A stretch of 64,000 nucleotides of DNA. Source: Candidatus Moraniibacteriota bacterium (GTDB lineage Bacteria; Patescibacteriota; Minisyncoccia; Moranbacterales; UBA1568). A model generated the notes under the pieces. The model saw only the letters and a list, made by a program, of their open reading frames with translations, did not search any database and was not told where the DNA came from. Positions 56,879 to 64,000 of this stretch are shown piece after piece. Within the stretch, counting starts at the first letter, position 1. Every line of letters begins with the position of its first letter. Where the stretch lies: assembly GCA_018499985.2 (NCBI GenBank), contig JAHBAT020000003.1, positions 5,622 to 69,621 on the forward strand, in the 5' to 3' direction. The position numbers and the translations under genes are program-made.

Positions 56879-59488
56879 ATGAAAAACAAGCCAAAAACAG
56901 TTATATTGCTTGATGGAAACGCTATTCTTCATCGTGCTTATCATGGCTTACCACCACTTACAACCAAGACGGGCGAAACCGTACATGCGGTCTATGGCTT
57001 CGCTTTGACGTTATTTTCTGTCATTGAAAAATTTAATCCAGAAAACATCATAGCTACCTTTGATCTTCCGGGCGGAACTTTTCGTGATGAGCTTTATGAA
57101 GAATATAAGTCTCATCGTGAAGCAGCTCCGGATGACCTCTATTCTCAGATTCCAATTATCAAGGAAATGGTAGAGGCTTTTGGTATCCCTATTTATGAAA
57201 AGGAAGGTTTTGAGGCAGATGATTTGGTAGGCACGCTTTCAGTTCAGGCTAAGAGTAAGGGCTATGATGTGATTATTGTGACTGGAGATACCGATACTCT
57301 ACAGCTCGTAGATGAACAGGTGAAGGTATTTACGATGCGAAAGAGCATCAAAGATACTGTGCTTTATGGCCCAGCTGAGGTAGAGGCTAAGTATGGTTTT
57401 CTTCCATCGCAACTGATTGAGTACAAGGGTTTGGCTGGAGACAGTTCGGATAATATTCCAGGCGTAAAGGGGGTGGGTGCCAAGACGGCTACAGCGATGA
57501 TTCAAAAGTACGGCAATATCGAAAGTATCTATAGTCACCTTGGCGATTTTAAGGGGAAGCTTTTGGAAAACCTTGAGCGAGACAAGGAGCAAGCTTTCCT
57601 TTCTCGCATTCTTGGAACTATCAAAACAGATGTGGATATAAAGCTTGATGAAGAGGCGATGAAAATTCATGACTATGACCGTCCTCGTGCAGAGACCTTC
57701 CTTCGTGAGTATGAGTTCTATAGTCTCCTTAAGCGTCTTCCAGGAGAAATCGCTATCAGTCATGAGGAAGAGGTAAAAAAAGTGACCAAAAAAAGAAAAG
57801 TCAAAAATATCAAGACAGCCGACGAGGCTTTGATACTCGAAGATTTTTCTGGAACCAAAATTGCTTGTGAGATTGAGACAAGCGAAGACTCTTTGTTTGG
57901 TCCAAGTTTAGTGGCACTAGAAATGTGCACCGAAAAAAAGGAGGTGTATCGAATAGAGATAAATACTGAGACAAAATCTTCTCTCCAAAAATTCTTTGCC
58001 GATACTACTATCCAAACAGGCTGGTATGATCTCAAGCGCGCTCTGCATGCTTTAGGGAAAGAAGAGATAGTGATTACTAACGGAGTCTTCGATATTACTC
58101 TTGCCCTCTATATGGTGGAGGTCTCTACAGATGGCACTCTCGTAGGAGCTGGCGAAGCGGTACTACATGAAACAAAAGAAAGTAAGAGTGAGCTTGTAGC
58201 AGAGCTTTGGAAAAACCTGGAGAGTAAACTTGATGAAGTGAGCAGTAATCAAGATAAGACAAAAAGCATCCGCACGGTTTTTGATGGTATAGAAATGCCG
58301 CTTATCAAGGTGCTTTATGTCATGGAAAAGCGCGGAATTATTCTTAATCAGAAAAGCTTTGCGAGTATGTCTGCTCGTCTGAGTACAGCGCTAGAGGACC
58401 TTGCAAAACAAATCTACATGCTTGCCGGAAAGGAGTTTAATATCAACTCTCCAAAGCAGCTCGCCGAAGTTCTTTTTGTGGATCTCAAGATCCCAACAGA
58501 CTTTATTAAGAAAAATAAAACGGGCATTTCTACTGCCTCAAGTGAACTGCAAAAGCTTGGAGAATACCCAATCGCCGCTAAGATTGAATCGTATAGAGAA
58601 CTTTTTAAATTGAAGTCTACATATCTTGATGCTTTGCCAACGCTAACTGATAGTGATTCGCGTTTACATACTACGTATCAGCAAACTATCGCAGCCACCG
58701 GAAGACTTTCCTCTATTAATCCTAATCTTCAAAATATCCCTGCCAGAAGTGAGTGGAGCGAAGAAATCCGCCGAGCCTTTGAAGCTACGCCAGGCTATAC
58801 CTTGGTGGGAGCAGACTATTCTCAGATAGAGTTGCGTATCATGGCGCACCTCAGTCAGGACAAGGCGCTGCTCGAGTCATACAGAAAGAATGAAGATGTG
58901 CACACTATTACTGCGGCTACCGTCTACAAGGTGGCTCCAGAAGAAGTAACCTATGATATGCGTCGTCAGGCTAAGGTGTTTAATTTTGGTATCATGTATG
59001 GCATGGGTGCCTTTGGACTTGCGGCTGCAGCCTCTATCACCCAGGCAGAAGCCAAGGAGTTTATCGATACATACTTCAAGACATTTTCAGGAGTACGTAC
59101 GTATATTGATCAAGCCCTGAAGACTGCCAAAGAAACAGGTTATGTAGAGACAGAGCTTGGTCGCCGCCGTCATGTCCCAGAAATTCAGAGTAGTAACAAT
59201 CAAGTGATGAAAGCCGGAGAGCGTATGGCAGTGAATATGCCTATTCAGGGACTTGAAGCAGATATAGTGAAACTGGCTATGCTCAAGACGATGGATCTCG
59301 TAGAAGAATTCCCTGAAGGAGAGGTGTATCCAGTACTTCAGGTACATGATGAGCTCATCTTTGAGGTCAAGGAAGAAAAAGCAGAGGTGTTTGCTTCACG
59401 ACTGAAAGAAGTGCTCGAGAGCGTGTATACTATCAGTGTGCCACTGACAGTAGAAGTGAGTATAGGAAAAAATTGGGGAGAAATTTAA
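56879..59488 (+). CDS. polA: DNA polymerase I
   Basis: LLDGN..HRAYH, FEADD, GDSSDNIPGVKGVG.KTA, TGRLSS..PNLQNIP, ADYSQIELR, QVHDEL; start ATG 56879. Confidence 0.98.
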   Translation: MKNKPKTVILLDGNAILHRAYHGLPPLTTKTGETVHAVYGFALTLFSVIEKFNPENIIATFDLPGGTFRDELYEEYKSHREAAPDDLYSQIPIIKEMVEAFGIPIYEKEGFEADDLVGTLSVQAKSKGYDVIIVTGDTDTLQLVDEQVKVFTMRKSIKDTVLYGPAEVEAKYGFLPSQLIEYKGLAGDSSDNIPGVKGVGAKTATAMIQKYGNIESIYSHLGDFKGKLLENLERDKEQAFLSRILGTIKTDVDIKLDEEAMKIHDYDRPRAETFLREYEFYSLLKRLPGEIAISHEEEVKKVTKKRKVKNIKTADEALILEDFSGTKIACEIETSEDSLFGPSLVALEMCTEKKEVYRIEINTETKSSLQKFFADTTIQTGWYDLKRALHALGKEEIVITNGVFDITLALYMVEVSTDGTLVGAGEAVLHETKESKSELVAELWKNLESKLDEVSSNQDKTKSIRTVFDGIEMPLIKVLYVMEKRGIILNQKSFASMSARLSTALEDLAKQIYMLAGKEFNINSPKQLAEVLFVDLKIPTDFIKKNKTGISTASSELQKLGEYPIAAKIESYRELFKLKSTYLDALPTLTDSDSRLHTTYQQTIAATGRLSSINPNLQNIPARSEWSEEIRRAFEATPGYTLVGADYSQIELRIMAHLSQDKALLESYRKNEDVHTITAATVYKVAPEEVTYDMRRQAKVFNFGIMYGMGAFGLAAAASITQAEAKEFIDTYFKTFSGVRTYIDQALKTAKETGYVETELGRRRHVPEIQSSNNQVMKAGERMAVNMPIQGLEADIVKLAMLKTMDLVEEFPEGEVYPVLQVHDELIFEVKEEKAEVFASRLKEVLESVYTISVPLTVEVSIGKNWGEI

Positions 59489-59509
59489 TAAAGAGAAAAG
59501 ACTTGTAAT

Positions 59510-60001
59510 ATGGAGAGGTTAGATTTTTTTAACGCACCAGTACCAAAAAAGGAGAGCCTAGAAAATCATTTGGATATATACTCAGAAATAAATCTTGTTC
59601 AAAGAGAGGGCTTAGAAGATGCGGATGAGGCTAGGGAGTTTATAGCGGAGTGCTTGAAAAACAATATCAATCCAATCATAACCATACCAGAAGAGTTTGC
59701 AGAAGAAGTTATGAAATACGGTATTCATTTTGTACCTAAACAGGATATAAAAACTGGGAGAAAGTTTTCTTTTATAGCTGGAACTATTGGAATAGGGCCG
59801 TATCTGCCGGAAGGCCAGTCTCGCTATATTATGGAAATTGATCCAAAAAATATTCAGATAGAGCCAAGGATTACCGGAAAGCAAAGGCGTTTTTATGGAG
59901 TAGTGGGATTTGTCGGTGGTGTTCCAGCGGAGTCATTTAAGCCACTCGGAAAGTTTTCGCAAATAGAGTGGGATGAATATAAAAAAAGAACCCTCAACTA
60001 G
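59510..60001 (+). CDS. Hypothetical protein
   Basis: 163-aa ORF directly after polA, ending at a hairpin. Confidence 0.6.
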   Translation: MERLDFFNAPVPKKESLENHLDIYSEINLVQREGLEDADEAREFIAECLKNNINPIITIPEEFAEEVMKYGIHFVPKQDIKTGRKFSFIAGTIGIGPYLPEGQSRYIMEIDPKNIQIEPRITGKQRRFYGVVGFVGGVPAESFKPLGKFSQIEWDEYKKRTLN

Positions 60002-60058
60002 CAGGTTTGCTAGCGAGGGTTCTCGAAAGGTGTTTGTGCCTCGAGCGAGGTCGAGGGC
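59988..60058. repeat. Hairpin plus REP-like element between convergent genes
   Basis: GAACCCTC..CTAGCA-GGTT-TGCTAG.GAGGGTTC and GTGCCTCGAGCGAGGTCGAGGGC. Confidence 0.5.
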
Positions 60059-60059
60059 T

Positions 60060-60455
60060 TTATACGGGTTCATTGTCATAGCCGAGGCCAAAGACTTCAA
60101 GGGCAGACTGATGTCCATTCCACTTGAAAAGAACGATGTTGTTTTCGTCGCCCCGGATAAGGACGTCGTTTCCCTTGGAGAGTTGGTCGATAGCTTCGGA
60201 GAAGTTGTCGAAATGCTCAACAAGATTGAGCAGCTCAGGGGGGAGAGGATCGATTTTATGGCCGCTGACCACAAGTTGATCCTTGAAATCGATAGCTATG
60301 CCAGAGCGACCCAGAGAGGTCGCGCCGCCAAAAGCAATACGATCCCAGCGATGGCCTTCCTGGTAAAGTCGAAAGACTTCAGAAAGATCATCGGTGTCCA
60401 TACGGAAGGTCTGCCGGACACTTCCTTTGGTGACAGTGATGAATCGTACTATCAT
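60060..60455 (-). CDS. Hypothetical protein
   Basis: Own promoter TTGACA-17-TATACT (60489-60517) and SD AGGGA; preferred over the overlapping + strand ORF. Confidence 0.6.
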   Translation of the reverse strand: MIVRFITVTKGSVRQTFRMDTDDLSEVFRLYQEGHRWDRIAFGGATSLGRSGIAIDFKDQLVVSGHKIDPLPPELLNLVEHFDNFSEAIDQLSKGNDVLIRGDENNIVLFKWNGHQSALEVFGLGYDNEPV

Positions 60456-60539
60456 TGTTAAGGTTCCCTGTTTTAAGTCGTAATATCGAGTATAGCATAA
60501 ATATTATATTTTGTCAATACAGGAAAAGAGACTTTTTAT

Positions 60540-61391
60540 ATGCCCGAATTACCCGAAGTTCAGACTGTTGTGACGCAATTAGGCCAAAAAGTTGTCGGCA
60601 AGAAAATTGTCGATTTTTGGAGTGGTTGGCCAAAAAAGGTTATGCCCGGGATGCGAGAGTTTAGGGAGGGTGTTTGTGGGGCGTCTATTATCAGTGCTAA
60701 ACGCTATGGTAAGCATATTGTGATGGAGCTTGATAATGATTTTGCTATAGTGGTACACCTCAAGATGACAGGACATTTTCTCTACAAAACACCCAAGACC
60801 AAGAACGACCCCATCTTTACAGAGGACCGAGTCAATGGATATATCCATCATATTTTTACTTTTTCAGATAAGACGACACTTGAGTTCTCTGATATGAGAA
60901 AGTTTGGCTGGCTAGCTTTGATTAAGAAAGGAGCAGTAGAAGAATTGCCAGCTATCCAGGCTCTTGGGATAGACGCTCTTTCTCCGCGTCTTACAGAAGA
61001 TATGTTTCGTACTCTTCTTAGTGCTCGTAAAACAAAAGTTGTAGGACCAGTACTCCTTGAGCAAAATCTTATTGCTGGGATAGGAAATATCTATCGAAGT
61101 GAAGCGCTTTTTTTGGCGGGTATTTTGCCAACGCGAAAAATTTTAAAAATCACTCAAGTTGAATTTAAAGAGTTGCTTCGAGCTGTGAAGAAGGTGCTTC
61201 GTGAAGCGGTGCGGCTACAGGGTACTACGGACGGAGACTTTCGTGATTTGGATGGGCAGCCCGGCAGGTTTAAGAAGGCCTTGTATGTCTATAGAAGAAC
61301 AGATGAGCCTTGTAAGAAATGTGGTACAATTATCAAAAGAGCCAAGATGGCACAGCGCAGTGTTTTTTTCTGCCCTACCTGCCAACGCTAA
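60540..61391 (+). CDS. mutM: Formamidopyrimidine-DNA glycosylase
   Basis: MPELPEV, HLKMTG, D.RKFG, AGIGNIYRSE, C-terminal CxxC...CPxCQ zinc finger. Confidence 0.96.
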   Translation: MPELPEVQTVVTQLGQKVVGKKIVDFWSGWPKKVMPGMREFREGVCGASIISAKRYGKHIVMELDNDFAIVVHLKMTGHFLYKTPKTKNDPIFTEDRVNGYIHHIFTFSDKTTLEFSDMRKFGWLALIKKGAVEELPAIQALGIDALSPRLTEDMFRTLLSARKTKVVGPVLLEQNLIAGIGNIYRSEALFLAGILPTRKILKITQVEFKELLRAVKKVLREAVRLQGTTDGDFRDLDGQPGRFKKALYVYRRTDEPCKKCGTIIKRAKMAQRSVFFCPTCQR

Positions 61392-61416
61392 TTTATTTTT
61401 TGAGGTATATCTTAGT

Positions 61417-62538
61417 ATGACAAATAAGCAAAAGATTATTATTGCAGTGGTAGTAGTCGCTGTTGCCTTAGGAGGATTCCTTTTCTTCCGTAAGAGCAGT
61501 ACCATGCCGCTTTCTCTGAATAATAAAAATCAATCAGAAACAAAAGTAGTACCACTAAACGACGGTAATGTAAGTCCTATTTCAGGCTTGCCTTGTGAAA
61601 ACTGGAATCGCCGCGCTATCGCCGTGATGCAACCAGGTGATGTGACTGCTCGCCCAGCCGCTGGATTTAGTGAGGCTGATATGGTAATTGAAATGCCAGT
61701 AATTACTGCTTCTATCACTCGTCTTATGGGAGTGTATATCTGTAATACTCCAAAAGAGGTCGGCTCTATGCGTAGTGCTCGCCATGACTTTATCAGTCTG
61801 GCAAAGGGGCTTGGCGCAGTCTTTGTTTCATGGGGTCGCTCAGAATCACACTCTGAGTCAGATCCAGTAGGACTTGCAAAGGGTATTATGGACCGTGGTG
61901 AAATTGAAAACATCAACTGTAATGGTGACGCTGGTAAATCAGCTAATGCCTGTACCGACAATCCTTGTTTTCGTAAAGAAGGTATGGATCGTGGGGTAGA
62001 TAGTGGGTATGGCGACCCAGCTAAGTTTGTCGCTTGTGCCAAGGAGTTTGGATACAATATGGAAAATAAGTTTGTGGGTTACAAGCATCAGGCCGAAGCT
62101 CCTATGGAAAACCGTGCTAAAGGCGGTCATTTGCGAGTAGCTTTTGCAGGTCCATTTGCTGCTGAGTATGACTATGATCAGGCGACCAATGTGTATAAGC
62201 GTATCTGGGGCAATACAGAGGACATTGACCGTAACACTAATCAGCGTGTCGCTCCAAAAAACGTAGTGGTGCTCATTGCTGAATCAGAGCAAATTGAGGG
62301 ACAGTACAATAATATGCAGCTTGGTGACCCATGGTACGACCGTACCGATAGCGGTGATGCCTACTACTACATGAATGGTCAGGAAGTAAAGGGTAAATGG
62401 AAGAAAGACAAGAGTAGTATCGATAGCAAGCTTACCTTTTACGATGCTAATGGTGAAGAAATACTCTTTGTTCCAGGGCAGATTTGGGTAGAAGTACTTG
62501 AGCCAGGTCAGACTCTTAAGTGGGAGCCAGTGATGTAA
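61417..62538 (+). CDS. DUF3048 family membrane-anchored protein
   Basis: SPISGL, RAIAVM, ADMVIEMPV...ITR, GSMRSAR, PKNVVV, PGQIWVE; start ATG 61417. Confidence 0.8.
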   Translation: MTNKQKIIIAVVVVAVALGGFLFFRKSSTMPLSLNNKNQSETKVVPLNDGNVSPISGLPCENWNRRAIAVMQPGDVTARPAAGFSEADMVIEMPVITASITRLMGVYICNTPKEVGSMRSARHDFISLAKGLGAVFVSWGRSESHSESDPVGLAKGIMDRGEIENINCNGDAGKSANACTDNPCFRKEGMDRGVDSGYGDPAKFVACAKEFGYNMENKFVGYKHQAEAPMENRAKGGHLRVAFAGPFAAEYDYDQATNVYKRIWGNTEDIDRNTNQRVAPKNVVVLIAESEQIEGQYNNMQLGDPWYDRTDSGDAYYYMNGQEVKGKWKKDKSSIDSKLTFYDANGEEILFVPGQIWVEVLEPGQTLKWEPVM

Positions 62539-62606
62539 GAATAAAAGTTTATATAAAGCCCATCGCTTTGGCGGTGGGTTTTTGTTATACTGAATGAGAA
62601 ATACCT

Positions 62607-63560
62607 ATGATAGCACTTGTTACTGGTCCAGACCTTTACCTTCTTTTGAAGCAAAAACGCGCCTTAAAAAGCGCTTTTTTGAGTGAAAATAGAGCGTCTC
62701 AGATTGTTGAGTTTGATTTTTCAGATGATGCAAGTAGTAGGCGTTTGAAGGCTGTCTTTGAAGCAAGTGAAGTAGATCTTTTTTCTCAGGCGAAGTGCCT
62801 TATTTTAAATCAGCCCTCTTTACTTATAGAGACAGCTCGCACAGAGTTACTGAAAGAAATTGAAGAAAAGAAAGATGCTCTAGACTGGATTCTTGTTGAA
62901 GAGGGTAATCTCAAAAAAACAGAGCTTTATACCAAGGCCTTGCTCGCTCTTCCAGGCATAAAAATCTATCAGTGTGATGTCCCGAGCGATGATGCGAGGA
63001 GAAAAATTTTTCAAACTATTCTTAGGGAGAATGGAAGAGTTTCGTTTGCGAGAGAAGCAGAGAAGGTTTTTTTTGAGCGAGTGGGCAAGGATACGGCTAA
63101 GTTGTATACCGAACTAGAGAAGATACTTACCTACAAAGAGGTGGGTGAGGTAACTCTTTCGGAAGTAGAGTTACTTCTGGAACCTGCGCTTGAAGATACC
63201 GCTTTTCTTGCTCTTGATGCACTTTCCAGAGGAGACAAGAAACAGGCGGCTCTCCTTTTTCGTAACGCCCTTCTTTGGAAGAAAGATGCTTTACCAATTT
63301 TAGGTCTTTGTGTTTGGCAGATTCGTCAACTAATTTTTCTTCGCGAGGCTTATGATCAGGGTATTCGTCAAGAAAGAATGCTTGCTGAGGCAAGCGGAGT
63401 CTCGCCTTTCGTGACAAGTAAACTCGCCCGTGTTTTAGGTGAGTTTCCGCTGGCGCGCCTTAAGCAAGCTCATGAAGTGATTCGAGGATTTGATACCGAT
63501 ATCAAGAGAGGCTTGATTGATCAGGGGACAGCTGTCGATTTGCTGGCCTGGAAAATATAA
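62607..63560 (+). CDS. holA: DNA polymerase III delta subunit
   Basis: GPDLYL, DLFS, ELEKILTY, F..LDAL, SPFV..K, D..IKRG; lies next to rpsT. Confidence 0.85.
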   Translation: MIALVTGPDLYLLLKQKRALKSAFLSENRASQIVEFDFSDDASSRRLKAVFEASEVDLFSQAKCLILNQPSLLIETARTELLKEIEEKKDALDWILVEEGNLKKTELYTKALLALPGIKIYQCDVPSDDARRKIFQTILRENGRVSFAREAEKVFFERVGKDTAKLYTELEKILTYKEVGEVTLSEVELLLEPALEDTAFLALDALSRGDKKQAALLFRNALLWKKDALPILGLCVWQIRQLIFLREAYDQGIRQERMLAEASGVSPFVTSKLARVLGEFPLARLKQAHEVIRGFDTDIKRGLIDQGTAVDLLAWKI

Positions 63561-63608
63561 GGGGTAATAAAAAATCTCCCAGGAGGGAGATTTTTTTGAA
63601 AGTAATTT

Positions 63609-63878
63609 TTATTTACTTGCTGCCTTTTTGATCAGGGCGTTTAAGCGAGACTTTTTGCGAGCAGCAGTATTTTTCTTGATGATTTTTTTCTGGACTGCTT
63701 TGTCGAGAGCTTTTTGGGCTTTTTGCATAAGCTCCTTACTTATCTTGGTGTCACCAGCCTTAGCCGCTTCACGAGTCTTTTTGATGACGCTTTTGACAGC
63801 TCCCTTTACGATTTTGTTGGTGATAGTGCGGCTTTCTGAAGCGCGCATGTATTTCTTGGCAGAGTTTTTGATTGGCAT
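63609..63878 (-). CDS. rpsT: 30S ribosomal protein S20
   Basis: MPIKNSAKK..R, LDKAV.K.IIKKNTAARKKSRL. Confidence 0.96.
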   Translation of the reverse strand: MPIKNSAKKYMRASESRTITNKIVKGAVKSVIKKTREAAKAGDTKISKELMQKAQKALDKAVQKKIIKKNTAARKKSRLNALIKKAASK

Positions 63879-64000
63879 ATTGTATGCATTGTATGGCTGT
63901 TAAGAGGCTTAGATAAAGGCCTCTTATTGACCTTTGAATTATAGAGAGATTCACCCAGTGAAATACAGCTTGGCTGTCGTTGACTTTCATCAACATTTCA

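Noticed and set aside
59973-60461. 162-aa + strand ORF
   Set aside because: It overlaps the upstream gene and hairpins; the antisense ORF 60060-60455 has a consensus promoter and SD.

Overview
A 64-kb, AT-rich, gene-dense bacterial chromosome segment spanning the replication origin (yidC-rnpA-rpmH / dnaA-oriC-dnaN-dciA at ~38-42.5 kb), in genetic code 11. Gene content suggests Patescibacteria/CPR, probably Parcubacteria (inference from CPR-type pilin, PilB/GspE ATPase, DUF3048, TrmB regulator, no biosynthetic pathways and mostly SD-less genes). It carries housekeeping genes (pnp, rpsO, gyrA, rpsA, gmk, tilS, ftsH, rbfA, rplS, nrdAB, ruvB, ruvC, tsaE, polA, mutM, holA, rpsT), a glycan cluster, an ATP-grasp/7TM/protease cluster and 10 tRNAs. 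The main unexplained signals are: (1) eight perfect parS palindromes inside one membrane-protein ORF, always in stop-free frames; (2) all ten tRNA genes end discriminator+CA rather than CCA; (3) two promoter-to-terminator structured transcripts without a real ORF (50.74-50.97 kb + strand; 1.16-1.68 kb - strand); (4) tRNA genes accompanied by degenerate copies of themselves, including an intact tRNA-Val enclosed by an 18-bp inverted repeat inside a split, decayed tRNA-Val; (5) DnaA-box clusters in tRNA spacers; (6) a small-ORF/structured-RNA islet at 55 kb. All calls were made by eye with no database searches, so novelty is unverified.
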